A stretch of DNA of 64,000 bases from assembly GCA_964016885.1 (NCBI GenBank), contig OZ024764.1:5518001-5582000 (forward strand). The letters are read 5' to 3'. The notes under the pieces are model-generated. The model did no database searches. It was given only the letters and a program-made list of their open reading frames with translations, and was not told the DNA's origin. Numbering within the stretch: position 1 is the stretch's first letter; every line of letters begins with the position of its first letter. The stretch is from Eledone cirrhosa (taxonomy: Eukaryota). This document shows, piece by piece, positions 1 to 15,022 of this stretch. Made by a program: the position numbers and the translations under genes.

Positions 1-3000
1 TGTACCTACTGCTATAGTCTTACATTTAGACCGGTTTCTCTCTAGATATACCTACTGCTGTAGTCTTACATTTAGACCTGTTTCTCTCTAGATATACCTA
101 CAGCTATAGTCTCACATTTAGACCTATTTCTCTCGAGATATACCTATTGATATAGTCTTACATTTAGACCTGTATCTCTCTAGATATCCCTACTGCTATA
201 GTCTCACATTTAGACCTGTTTCTCTCTAGATATACCTACTGCTGTAGTCTCACATTTAGACCTGTTTCTCTCTAGATGCACCTACTGCTATAGTCTTACA
301 TTTAGACCTGTTTCTCTCTAGATATACCTACTGCTATAGTCTCACTTTAGACCTGTTTCTCTCTAGATATACCTACTGATATAGTCTCACATTTAGACCT
401 GTTTCTCTCTAGATGTACCTACCGCTATAGTCTCACATTTAGACCTGTTTCTCTCTAGATATACCTACTGCTATAGTCTTACATTTAGACCTGTTTCTCT
501 CTAGATATACCTACTGCTATAGTCTGACATTTAGACCTGTATCTCTCTAGATATACCTACAGCTATAGTCTCACATTTAGACCTATTTCTCTCGAGATAT
601 ACCTATTGATATAGTCTTACATTTAGACCTGTATCTCTCTAGATATACCTACTGCTATAGTCTCACATTTAGACCTGTTTCTCTCTAGATATACCTACTG
701 CTGTAGTCTCACATTTAGACCTGTTTCTCTCTAGATGTACCTACTGCTATAGTCTCACATTTAGACCTGTTTCTCTCTAGATATACCTACTGATATAGTC
801 TTACATTTGGACCTGTTTCTCTCTAGATATACCTACAACTATAGTCTGACATTTAGACCTATTTCTATCTAGATATACCTACTGATATAATCTTACATTT
901 AGACCTGTTTCTCTCTAGATATACCTACTGCAATGGTCTTACATTTAGACCTGTTTCTCTCTAGATATACCTACTGCTATAGTCTCACATTTAGACCTAT
1001 TTCTCTCTAGATATACCTACTGATATAGTCTTACATTTAGACCTGCTTCTCTCTAGATATACCTACTGCAATGGTCTTACATTTAGATCTGTTTCTCTCT
1101 AGATATACCTACTGCTATAGTCTCACATTTAGACCTGTTTCTCACTACATGTACCTACTGCTATAGTCTCACATTTAGACCTGTTTCTCTCTAGATGTAC
1201 CTACTGCTATAGTCTCACATTTAGACCGGTTTCTCTCTAGATATACCTACTGCTGTAGTCTCACAGTTAGACCTGTTTCTCTCTAGATATACCTACTGCT
1301 ATAGTCTTACATTTAGACCTGTTTCTCTCTAGATATACCTACTGGAATGGTCTTACATTTAGACCTGTTTCTCACTAGATATACCTACTGCTATAGTCTC
1401 ACATTTAGACCTCTTTCTCTCTAGATATACCTACTGCTGTAGTCTCACATTTCGACCCGTTTCTCTCCAGATATACCTACTGCTATAGTCTCACATTTAG
1501 ACCCGTTTCTCTCTAGATATACCTACTGCTATAGTCTTACATTTAGACCTCTTTCTCTCTAGATGTACCTACTGCTATAGTCTTACATTTAGACCTGTTC
1601 CTCTCTAGATGTACCTACTGCTATAGTCTCACATTTAGACCTGTTTCTCTCTAGATATACCTACTGCTATAGTCTCACATTTAGACCCGTTTCTCTCTAG
1701 ATGTACCTACTGATATAGTCTCACATTTAGACCTGTTTCTCTCTAGATATACCTACTGCTGTAGTCTCACATTTAGACCTGTTTCTCTCTAGATATACCT
1801 ACTGCTATAGTATTACATTCAGACCTGTTTCTCTCTAGATATACCTACTGATATAGTCTTACATTTAGACCTGTATCTCTCTAGATATACCTACAGCTAT
1901 AGTCTCACATTTAGACCTATTTCTCTCGAGATATACCTATTGATATAGTCTTACATTTAGACCTGTATCTCTCTAGATATACCTACTGCTATAGTCTCAC
2001 ATTTAGACCTGTTTCTCTCTAGATATACCTACTGCTATAGTCTTACATTTAGACCTGTTTCTCTCTAGATGTACCTACTGATATAGTCTCACATTTAGAC
2101 CTGTTTCTCTCTAGATGTACCTACTGCTATAGTCTTACATTTAGACCTGTTTCTCTCTAGATGTACCTACTGCTATAGTCTTACATTTAGACCTGGTTCT
2201 CTCTAGATGTACCTACTGATATAGTCTCACATTTAGACCTATTTCTCTCTAGATATACCTACTGATATAGTCTTACATTTAGACCTGCTTCTCTCTAGAT
2301 ATACCAACTGCAATGGTCTTACATTTAGACCTGTTTCTCTCTAGATATACCTACTGCTATAGTCTCACATTTAGACCTGTTTCTCTCTAGATGTACCTAC
2401 TGCTATAGTCTCACATTTAGACCGGTTTCTCTCTAGATATACCTACTGCTGTAGTCTCACAGTTAGACCTGTTTCTCACTAGATATACATACTGCTATAG
2501 TCTTACATTTAGACCTGTTTCTCTCTAGATATACCTACAGCTATAGTCTCACAATTAGACCTGTTTCTCTCTAGATATACCTACTGTAATGGTCTTACAT
2601 TTAGACCCGTTTCTCTCTAGATGTACCTACTGCTATAGTCTCACATTTAGACCTGTTTCTCTCTAGATATACCTACTGCTGTAGTCTCACATTTAGACCT
2701 GTTTCTCTCTAGATATACCTACTGCTATAGTATTACATTTAGACCCGTTTCTCTCTAGATATACCTACTGCAATGGTCTTACATTTAGACCTGTTTCTCT
2801 CTAGATATACCTACTGATATAGTCTCACATTTAGACCTGTTTCTCCCTAGATATACCTACTGCTGTAGTCTCACATTTAGACCTGTTTCTCTCTAGATGT
2901 ACCTACTGCTATAGTCTTACATTTAGACCTATTTCTCTCTAGATATACCTACTGCTATAGTCTCACTTTAGACCTGTTTCTCTCTAGATATACCTACTGC

Positions 3001-6000
3001 TATAGTCTCACATTTAGACCTGTTTCTCTCTAGATGTACCTACCGCTATAGTCTCACATTTAGACCTGTTTCTCTCTAGATATACCTACTGCTATAGTCT
3101 TACATTTAGACCTGTTTCTCTCTAGATATACCTACTGCTGTAGTCTCACATTTAGACCTGTTTCTCTCTAGATATACCTACTGCTATAGTCTTACATCTA
3201 GACCTGTTTCTCTCTAGATATACCTACTGCTGTAGTCTCACATTTAGACCTGTTTCTCTCTAGATGTACCTACTGCTATAGTCTCACATTTAGACCTGTT
3301 TCTCTCTAGATATACCTACTGATATAGTCTTACATTTAGACCTGTTTCTCTCTAGATATACCTACTGCTGTAGTCTCACATTTAGACCTGTTTCTCTCTA
3401 GATATACCTACTGCTATAGTCTTACATTTAGACCTGTTTCTCTCTAGATATACCTACTGCTGTAGTCTCACATTTAGACCTGTTTCTCTCTAGATGTACC
3501 TACTGCTATAGTCTCACATTTAGACCTGTTTCTCTCTAGATATACTTACTGATATAGTCTTACATTTAGAACTGTTTCTCTCTAGATATACCTACTGATA
3601 TAGTCTTACATTTAGACCTGTTTCTCTCTAGATGTACCTACTGCTATAGTCTCACATTTAGACCTGTTTCTCTCTAGATATACCTACTGCTATAGTCTTA
3701 CATTTAGACCTGTTTCTCTCTAGATATACCTACAACTATAGTCTCACATTTAGACCTATTTCAATCTAGATATACCTACTGATATAGTCTTACATTTAGA
3801 CCTGTTTCTCTCTAGATATACCTACTACAATGGTCTTACATTTAGACCTGTTTCTCTCTAGATATACCTACTGCTATAGTCTCACATTTAGACCTATTTC
3901 TCTCTAGATATACCTACTGATATAGTCTTACATTTAGACCTGTTTCTCTCTAGATATACCTACTGATATAGTATTACATTTAGACCTGTTTCTCTCTAGA
4001 TATACCTACTGCTATAGTCTCACATTTAGACCTGTTTCTCTCTAGATATACCTACTGCTATAGTCTTACATTTAGACCTGTATCTCTCTAGATATACCTA
4101 CAGCTATAGTCTCACATTTAGACCTATTTCTCTCGAGATATACCTATTGATATAGTCTTACATTTAGACCTGTATCTCTCTAGATATACCTACTGCTATA
4201 GTCTCACATTTAGACCTGTTTCTCTCTACATGTACCTACTGCTATAGTCTCACATTTAGACCTGTTTCTCTCTAGATGTACCTACTGCTATAGTCTCACA
4301 TTTAGACCGGTTTCTCTCTAGATATACCTACTGCTGTAGTCTCACAGTTAGACCTGTTTCTCTCTAGATATACCTACTGCTATAGTCTTACATTTAGACC
4401 TGTTTCTCTCTAGATATACCTACTGTAATGGTCTTACATTTAGACCTGTTTCTCACTAGATATACCTACTGCTATAGTCTCACATTTAGACCTCTTTCTC
4501 TCTAGATATACCTACTGCTGTAGTCTCACATTTCGACCCGTTTCTCTCCAGATATACCTACTGCTATAGTCTCACATTTAGACCCGTTTCTCTCTAGATA
4601 TACCTACTGCTATAGTCTTACATTTAGACCTCTTTCTCTCTAGATGTACCTACTGATATAGTCTTACATTTAGACCTGTTCCTCTCTAGATGTACCTACT
4701 GCTATAGTCTCACATTTAGACCTGTTTCTCTCTAGATATACCTACTGCTATAGTCTCACATTTAGACCTGTTTCTCTCTAGATGTACCTACTGCTGTAGT
4801 CTCACATTTAGACCGGTTTCTCTCTAGATATACCTACTGCTGTAGTCTCACAGTTAGACCTGTTTCTCTCTAGATATACCTACTGCTATAGTCTTACATT
4901 TAGACCTGTTTCTCTCTAGATATACCTACAGCTATAGTCTCACAATTAGACCCGTTTCTCTCTAGATATACCTACTGTAATGGTCTTACATTTAGACCTG
5001 TTTGTCACTAGATATACATACTGCTATAGTCTCACATTTAGACCGCTTTCTCTCTAGATATACCTACTGCTGTAGTCTCACATTTAGACCCATTTCTCTC
5101 TAGATATACCTACTGCTATAGTCTCACATTTAGACCTCCTTCTCTCTAGATGTACCTACTGCTATAGTCTTACATTTAGACCTGTTCCTCTCTAGATATA
5201 CCTACTGCTATAGTCTCACATTTAGACCCGTTTCTCTCTAGATGTACCTACTGCTATAGTCTCACATTTAGACCTGTTTCTCTCTAGATATACCTACTGC
5301 TGTAGTCACACATTTAGACCTGTTTCTCTCTAGATATACCTACTGCTATAGTATTACATTTAGACCTGTTTCTCTCTAGATATACCTACTGCTATAGTCT
5401 CACATTTAGACCTGTTTCTCTCTAGATATACCTACTGCTATAGTCTTACATTTAGACCTGTATCTCTCTAGATATACCTACAGCTATAGTCTCACATTTA
5501 GACCTATTTCTCTCGAGATATACCTATTGATATAGTCTTACATTTAGACCTGTATCTCTCTAGATATACCTACTGCTATAGTCTCACATTTAGACCTGTT
5601 TCTCTCTAGATATACCTACTGCTATAGTCTTACATTTAGACCTGTTTCTCTCTAGATGTACCTACTGCTATAGTCTCACATTTAGACCTGGTTCTCTCTA
5701 GATGTACCTACTGATATAGTCTCACATTTAGACCTGTTTCTCTCTAGATGTACCTACTGCTATAGTCTCACATTTAGACCTGTTTCTCTCTAGATGTACC
5801 TACTGCTATAGTCTTACATTTAGACTTGTTCCTCTCTAGATGTACCTACTGCTATAGTCTCACATTTAGATCTGTTTCTCTCTAGATATACCTACTGCTA
5901 TAGTCTCACATTTAGACCCGTTTCTCTCTAGATGTACCTACTGCTATAGTCTCACATTTAGACCTGTTTCTCTCTAGATATACCTACTGCTGTAGTTTCA

Positions 6001-9000
6001 CATTTAGACCTGTTTCTCTCTAGATATACCTACTGCTATAGTATTACATTTAGACCTGTTTCTCTCTATATATACCTACTGCTATAGTCTCACATTTAGA
6101 CCTGTTTCTCTGTAGATATACCTACTGCTATAGTCTTACATTTAGACCTGTATCTCTCTAGATATACCTACAGCTATAGTCTCACATTTAGACCTATTTC
6201 TCTCTAGATATACCTACTGCTGTAGTCTTACATTTAGACCTGTTTCTCTCTAGATATACCTACAGCTATAGTCTCACATTTAGACCTATTTCTCTCGAGA
6301 TATACCTATTGATATAGTCTTACATTTAGACCTGTATCTCTCTAGATATCCCTACTGCTATAGTCTCACATTTAGACCTGTTTCTCTCTAGATATACCTA
6401 CTGCTGTAGTCTCACATTTAGACCTGTTTCTCTCTAGATGCACCTACTGCTATAGTCTTACATTTAGACCTGTTTCTCTCTAGATATACCTACTGCTATA
6501 GTCTCACTTTAGACCTGTTTCTCTCTAGATATACCTACTGATATAGTCTCACATTTAGACCTGTTTCTCTCTAGATGTACCTACCGCTATAGTCTCACAT
6601 TTAGACCTGTTTCTCTCTAGATATACCTACTGCTATAGTCTTACATTTAGACCTGTTTCTCTCTAGATATACCTACTGCTATAGTCTGACATTTAGACCT
6701 GTATCTCTCTAGATATACCTACAGCTATAGTCTCACATTTAGACCTATTTCTCTCGAGATATACCTATTGATATAGTCTTACATTTAGACCTGTATCTCT
6801 CTAGATATACCTACTGCTATAGTCTCACATTTAGACCTGTTTCTCTCTAGATATACCTACTGCTGTAGTCTCACATTTAGACCTGTTTCTCTCTATATGT
6901 ACCTACTGCTATAGTCTCACATTTAGACCTGTTTCTCTCTAGATATACCTACTGATATAGTCTTACATTTGGACCTGTTTCTCTCTAGATATACCTACAA
7001 CTATAGTCTGACATTTAGACCTATTTCTATCTAGATATACCTACTGATATAGTCTTATATTTAGACCTGTTTCTCTCTAGATATACCTACTGCAATGGTC
7101 TTACATTTAGACCTGTTTCTCTCTAGATATACCTACTGCTATAGTCTCACATTTAGACCTATTTCTCTCTAGATATACCTACTGATATAGTCTTACATTT
7201 AGACCTGCTTCTCTCTAGATATACCTACTGCAATGGTCTTACATTTAGATCTGTTTCTCTCTAGATATACCTACTGCTATAGTCTCACATTTAGACCTGT
7301 TTCTCACTACATGTACCTACTGCTATAGTCTCACATTTAGACCTGTTTCTCTCTAGATGTACCTACTGCTATAGTCTCACATTTAGACCGGTTTCTCTCT
7401 AGATATACCTACTGCTGTAGTCTCACAGTTAGACCTGTTTCTCTCTAGATATACCTACTGCTATAGTCTTACATTTAGACCTGTTTCTCTCTAGATATAC
7501 CTACTGTAATGGTCTTACATTTAGACCTGTTTCTCACTAGATATACCTACTGCTATAGTCTCACATTTAGACCACTTTCTCTCTAGATATACCTACTGCT
7601 GTAGTCTCACATTTCGACCCGTTTCTCTCCAGATATACCTACTGCTATAGTCTCACATTTAGACCCGTTTCTCTCTAGATATACCTACTGCTATAGTCTT
7701 ACATTTAGACCTCTTTCTCTCTAGATGTACCTACTGCTATAGTCTTACATTTAGACCTGTTCCTCTCTAGATGTACCTACTGCTATAGTCTCACATTTAG
7801 ACCTATTTCTCTCTAGATATACCTACTGATATAGTCTTACATTTAGACCTGTTTCTCTCTAGATATACCTACTGATATAGTATTACATTTAGACCTGTTT
7901 CTCTCTAGATATACCTACTGCTATAGTCTCACATTTAGACCTGTTTCTCTCTAGATATACCTACTGCTATAGTCTTACATTTAGACCTGTATCTCTCTAG
8001 ATATACCTACAGCTATAGTCTCACATTTAGACCTATTTCTCTCGAGATATACCTATTGATATAGTCTTACATTTAGACCTGTATCTCTCTAGATATACCT
8101 ACTGCTATAGTCTCACATTTAGACCTGTTTCTCTCTACATGTACCTACTGCTATAGTCTCACATTTAGACCTGTTTCTCTCTAGATGTACCTACTGCTAT
8201 AGTCTCACATTTAGACCGGTTTCTCTCTAGATATACCTACTGCTGTAGTCTCACAGTTAGACCTGTTTCTCTCTAGATATACCTACTGCTATAGTCTTAC
8301 ATTTAGACCTGTTTCTCTCTAGATATACCTACTGTAATGGTCTTACATTTAGACCTGTTTCTCACTAGATATACCTACTGCTATAGTCTCACATTTAGAC
8401 CTCTTTCTCTCTAGATATACCTACTGCTGTAGTCTCACATTTCGACCCGTTTCTCTCCAGATATACCTACTGCTATAGTCTCACATTTAGACCCGTTTAT
8501 CTCTAGATATACCTACTGCTATAGTCTTACATTTAGACCTCTTTCTCTCTAGATGTACCTACTGCTATAGTCTTACATTTAGACCTGTTCCTCTCTAGAT
8601 GTACCTACTGCTATAGTCTCACATTTAGACCTGTTTCTCTCTAGATATACCTACTGCTATAGTCTCACATTTAGACCTGTTTCTCTCTAGATGTACCTAC
8701 TGCTATAGTCTCACATTTAGACCGGTTTCTCTCTAGATATACCTACTGCTGTAGTCTCACAGTTAGACCTGTTTCTCTCTAGATATACCTACTGCTATAG
8801 TCTTACATTTAGACCTGTTTCTCTCTAGATATACCTACAGCTATAGTCTCACAATTAGACCCGTTTCTCTCTAGATATACCTACTGTAATGGTCTTACAT
8901 TTAGACCTGTTTGTCACTAGATATACATACTGCTATAGTCTCACATTTAGACCGCTTTCTCTCTAGATATACCTACTGCTGTAGTCTCACATTTAGACCC

Positions 9001-12000
9001 ATTTCTCTCTAGATATACCTACTGCTATAGTCTCACATTTAGACCTCCTTCTCTCTAGATGTACCTACTGCTATAGTCTTACATTTAGACCTGTTCCTCT
9101 CTAGATGTACCTACTGCTATAGTCTCACATTTAGACCTGTTTCTCTCTAGATATACCTACTGCTATAGTCTCACATTTAGACCCGTTTCTGTCTAGATGT
9201 ACCTACTGCTATAGTCTCACATTTAGACCTGTTTCTCTCTAGATATACCTACTGCTGTAGTCACACATTTAGACCTGTTTCTCTCTAGATATACCTACTG
9301 CTATAGTATTACATTTAGACCTGTTTCTCTCTAGATATACCTACTGCTATAGTCTCACATTTAGACCTGTTTCTCTCTAGATATACCTACTGCTATAGTC
9401 TTACATTTAGACCTGTATCTCTCTAGATATACCTACAGCTATAGTCTCACATTTAGACCTATTTCTCTCGAGATATACCTATTGATATAGTCTTACATTT
9501 AGACCTGTATCTCTCTAGATATACCTACTGCTATAGTCTCACATTTAGACCTGTTTCTCTCTAGATATACCTACTGCTATAGTCTTACATTTAGACCTGT
9601 TTCTCTCTAGATGTACCTACTGCTATAGTCTCACATTTAGACCTGGTTCTCTCTAGATGTACCTACTGATATAGTCTCACATTTAGACCTGTTTCTCTCT
9701 AGATGTACCTACTGCTATAGTCTCACATTTAGACCTGTTTCTCTCTAGATGTACCTACTGCTATAGTCTTACATTTAGACTTGTTCCTCTCTAGATGTAC
9801 CTACTGCTATAGTCTCACATTTAGATCTGTTTCTCTCTAGATATACCTACTGCTGTAGTCTCACATTTAGACCTGTTTCTCTCTAGATGTACCTACTGCT
9901 ATAGTCTCACATTTAGACCTGTTTCTCTCTAGATATACCTACTGATATAGTCTTACATTTGGACCTGTTTCTCTCTAGATATACCTACAACTATAGTCTG
10001 ACATTTAGACCTATTTCTATCTAGATATACCTACTGATATAGTCTTACATTTAGACCTGTTTCTCTCTAGATATACCTACTGCAATGGTCTTACATTTAG
10101 ACCTGTTTCTCTCTAGATATACCTACTGCTATAGTCTCACATTTAGACCTATTTCTCTCTAGATATACCTACTGATATAGTCTTACATTTAGACCTGCTT
10201 CTCTCTAGATATACCTACTGCAATGGTCTTACATTTAGATCTGTTTCTCTCTAGATATACCTACTGCTATAGTCTCACATTTAGACCTGTTTCTCACTAC
10301 ATGTACCTACTGCTATAGTCTCACATTTAGACCTGTTTCTCTCTAGATGTACCTACTGCTATAGTCTCACATTTAGACCGGTTTCTCTCTAGATATACCT
10401 ACTGCTGTAGTCTCACAGTTAGACCTGTTTCTCTCTAGATATACCTACTGCTATAGTCTTACATTTAGACCTGTTTCTCTCTAGATATACCTACTGTAAT
10501 GGTCTTACATTTAGACCTGTTTCTCACTAGATATACCTACTGCTATAGTCTCACATTTAGACCTCTTTCTCTCTAGATATACCTACTGCTGTAGTCTCAC
10601 ATTTCGACCCGTTTCTCTCCAGATATACCTACTGCTATAGTCTCACATTTAGACCCGTTTCTCTCTAGATATACCTACTGCTATAGTCTTACATTTAGAC
10701 CTCTTTCTCTCTAGATGTACCTACTGCTATAGTCTCACATTTAGACCTGTTTCTCTCTAGATATACCTACTGCTATAGTCTCACATTTAGACCCGTTTCT
10801 CTCTAGATGTACCTACTGATATAGTCTCACATTTAGACCTGTTTCTCTCTAGATATACCTACTGCTGTAGTCTCACATTTAGACCTGTTTCTCTCTAGAT
10901 ATACCTACTGCTATAGTATTACATTCAGACCTGTTTCTCTCTAGATATACCTACTGATATAGTCTTACATTTAGACCTGTATCTCTCTAGATATACCTAC
11001 AGCTATAGTCTCACATTTAGACCTATTTCTCTCGAGATATACCTATTGATATAGTCTTACATTTAGACCTGTATCTCTCTAGATATACCTACTGCTATAG
11101 TCTCACATTTAGACCTGTTTCTCTCTAGATATACCTACTGCTATAGTCTTACATTTAGACCTGTTTCTCTCTAGATGTACCTACTGATATAGTCTCACAT
11201 TTAGACCTGTTTCTCTCTAGATGTACCTACTGCTATAGTCTTACATTTAGACCTGTTTCTCTCTAGATGTACCTACTGCTATAGTCTTACATTTAGACCT
11301 GGTTCTCTCTAGATGTACCTACTGATATAGTCTCACATTTAGACCTATTTCTCTCTAGATATACCTACTGATATAGTCTTACATTTAGACCTGCTTCTCT
11401 CTAGATATACCTACTGCAATGGTCTTACATTTAGACCTGTTTCTCTCTAGATATACCTACTGCTATAGTCTCACATTTAGACCTGTTTCTCTCTAGATGT
11501 ACCTACTGCTATAGTCTCACATTTAGACCGGTTTCTCTCTAGATATACCTACTGCTGTAGTCTCACAGTTAGACCTGTTTCTCTCTAGATATACCTACTG
11601 CTATAGTCTTACATTTAGACCTGTTTCTCTCTAGATATACCTACAGCTATAGTCTCACAATTAGACCTGTTTCTCTCTAGATATACCTACTGTAATGGTC
11701 TTACATTTAGACCCGTTTCTCTCTAGATGTACCTACTGCTATAGTCTCACATTTAGACCTGTTTCTCTCTAGATATACCTACTGCTGTAGTCTCACATTT
11801 AGACCTGTTTCTCTCTAGATATACCTACTGCTATAGTATTACATTTAGACCCGTTTCTCTCTAGATATACCTACTGCAATGGTCTTACATTTAGACCTGT
11901 TTCTCTCTAGATATACCTACTGATATAGTCTCACATTTAGACCTGTTTCTCTCTAGATATACCTACTGCTGTAGTCTCACATTTAGACCTGTTTCTCTCT

Positions 12001-15000
12001 AGATGTACCTACTGCTATAGTCTTACATTTAGACCTATTTCTCTCTAGATATACCTACTGCTATAGTCTCACTTTAGACCTGTTTCTCTCTAGATATACC
12101 TACTGCTATAGTCTCACATTTAGACCTGTTTCTCTCTAGATGTACCTACCGCTATAGTCTCACATTTAGACCTGTTTCTCTCTAGATATACCTACTGCTA
12201 TAGTCTTACATTTAGACCTGTTTCTCTCTAGATATACCTACTGCTGTAGTCTCACATTTAGACCTGTTTCTCTCTAGATATACCTAGTGCTATAGTCTTA
12301 CATCTAGACCTGTTTCTCTCTGATATACCTACTGCTGTAGTCTCACATTTAGACCTGTTTCTCTCTAGATGTACCTACTGCTATAGTCTCACATTTAGAC
12401 CTGTTTCTCTCTAGATATACCTACTGATATAGTCTTACATTTAGACCTGTTTCTCTCTAGATATACCTACTGCTGTAGTCTCACATTTAGACCTGTTTCT
12501 CTCTAGATATACCTACTGCTATAGTCTTACATTTAGACCTGTATCTCTCTAGATATACCTACTGCTATAGTCTCACATTTAGACCTGTTTCTATCTACAT
12601 GTACCTACTGCTATAGTCTCACATTTAGACCTGTTTCTCTCTAGATGTACCTACTGCTATAGTCTCACATTTAGACCGGTTTCTCTCTAGATATACCTAC
12701 TGCTGTAGTCTCACAGTTAGACCTGTTTCTCTCTAGATATACCTACTGCTATAGTCTTACATTTAGACCTGTTTCTCTCTAGATATACCTACTGTAATGG
12801 TCTTACATTTAGACCTGTTTCTCACTAGATATACCTACTGCTATAGTCTCACATTTAGACCTCTTTCTCTCTAGATATACCTACTGCTGTAGTCTCACAT
12901 TTCGACCCGTTTCTCTCCAGATATACCTACTGCTATAGTCTCACATTTAGACCCGTTTCTCTCTAGATATACCTACTGCTATAGTCTTACATTTAGACCT
13001 CTTTCTCTCTAGATGTACCTACTGCTATAGTCTTACATTTAGACCTGTTCCTCTCTAGATGTACCTACTGCTATAGTCTCACATTTAGACCTGTTTCTCT
13101 CTAGATATACCTACTGCTATAGTCTCACATTTAGACCTGTTTCTCTCTAGATGTACCTACTGCTATAGTCTCACATTTAGACCGGTTTCTCTCTAGATAT
13201 ACCTACTGCTGTAGTCTCACAGTTAGACCTGTTTCTCTCTAGATATACCTACAGCTATAGTCTCACAATTAGACCCGTTTCTCTCTAGATATACCTACTG
13301 TAATGGTCTTACATTTAGACCTGTTTGTCACTAGATATACATACTGCTATAGTCTCACATTTAGACCGCTTTCTCTCTAGATATACCTACTGCTGTAGTC
13401 TCACATTTAGACCCATTTCTCTCTAGATATACCTACTGCTATAGTCTCACATTTAGACCTCCTTCTCTCTAGATGTACCTACTGCTATAGTCTTACATTT
13501 AGACCTGTTCCTCTCTAGATGTACCTACTGCTATAGTCTCACATTTAGACCTGTTTCTCTCTAGATATACCTACTGCTATAGTCTCACATTTAGACCCGT
13601 TTCTCTCTAGATGTACCTACTGCTATAGTCTCACATTTAGACCTGTTTCTCTCTAGATATACCTACTGCTGTAGTCACACATTTAGACCTGTTTCTCTCT
13701 AGATATACCTACTGCTATAGTATTACATTTAGACCTGTTTCTCTCTAGATATACCTACTGCTATAGTCTCACATTTAGACCTGTTTCTCTCTAGATATAC
13801 CTACTGCTATAGTCTTACATTTAGACCTGTATCTCTCTAGATATACCTACAGCTATAGTCTCACATTTAGACCTATTTCTCTCGAGATATACCTATTGAT
13901 ATAGTCTTACATTTAGACCTGTATCTCTCTAGATATACCTACTGCTATAGTCTCACATTTAGACCTGTTTCTCTCTAGATATACCTACTGCTATAGTCTT
14001 ACATTTAGACCTGTTTCTCTCTAGATGTACCTACTGCTATAGTCTCACATTTAGACCTGGTTCTCTCTAGATGTACCTACTGATATAGTCTCACATTTAG
14101 ACCTGTTTCTCTCTAGATGTACCTACTGCTATAGTCTCACATTTAGACCTGTTTCTCTCTAGATGTACCTACTGCTATAGTCTTACATTTAGACTTGTTC
14201 CTCTCTAGATGTACCTACTGCTATAGTCTCACATTTAGATCTGTTTCTCTCTAGATATACCTACTGCTATAGTCTCACATTTAGACCCGTTTCTCTCTAG
14301 ATGTACCTACTGCTATAGTCTCACATTTAGACCTGTTTCTCTCTAGATATACCTACTGCTGTAGTTTCACATTTAGACCTGTTTCTCTCTAGATATACCT
14401 ACTGCTATAGTATTACATTTAGACCTGTTTCTCTCTATATATACCTACTGCTATAGTCTCACATTTAGACCTGTTTCTCTGTAGATATACCTACTGCTAT
14501 AGTCTTACATTTAGACCTGTATCTCTCTAGATATACCTACAGCTATAGTCTCACATTTAGACCTATTTCTCTCTAGATATACCTACTGCTGTAGTCTTAC
14601 ATTTAGACCTGTTTCTCTCTAGATATACCTACAGCTATAGTCTCACATTTAGACCTATTTCTCTCGAGATATACCTATTGATATAGTCTTACATTTAGAC
14701 CTGTATCTCTCTAGATATCCCTACTGCTATAGTCTCACATTTAGACCTGTTTCTCTCTAGATATACCTACTGCTGTAGTCTCACATTTAGACCTGTTTCT
14801 CTCTAGATGCACCTACTGCTATAGTCTTACATTTAGACCTGTTTCTCTCTAGATATACCTACTGCTATAGTCTCACTTTAGACCTGTTTCTCTCTAGATA
14901 TACCTACTGATATAGTCTCACATTTAGACCTGTTTCTCTCTAGATGTACCTACCGCTATAGTCTCACATTTAGACCTGTTTCTCTCTAGATATACCTACT

Positions 15001-15022
15001 GCTATAGTCTTACATTTAGACC
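1..15022. repeat. 46-bp tandem satellite array, left arm (about 326 monomers; continues beyond window start)
   Basis: Period counted directly: TAGATA at 181 and again at 227. Consensus TAGATATACCTACTGCTATAGTCTCACATTTAGACCTGTTTCTCTC (17/46 GC, no CpG, one XbaI site TCTAGA across each monomer junction). Monomers differ by a few substitutions; occasional 45-bp monomers (e.g. CTCACTTTAG at 341). Confidence 0.99.
15019..15022 (+). repeat. Target-site duplication, left copy (GACC)
   Basis: TTTA-GACC|TGTAGTAAG on the left and CCTAAA|GACC-TGTTTCTC on the right. An uninterrupted monomer has a single GACC. A 5-bp reading (AGACC) is formally possible. Confidence 0.85.

Noticed and set aside
181-226. 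Mammalian CENP-B box or telomeric repeat in the monomer
   Set aside because: No TTCG....A..CGGG pattern and no TTAGG/TTAGGG repeats; the consensus lacks CpG.
1-15022. Regular short repeats as a CRISPR array
   Set aside because: Monomers are contiguous with no unique spacers, there are no cas genes, and the context is eukaryotic.
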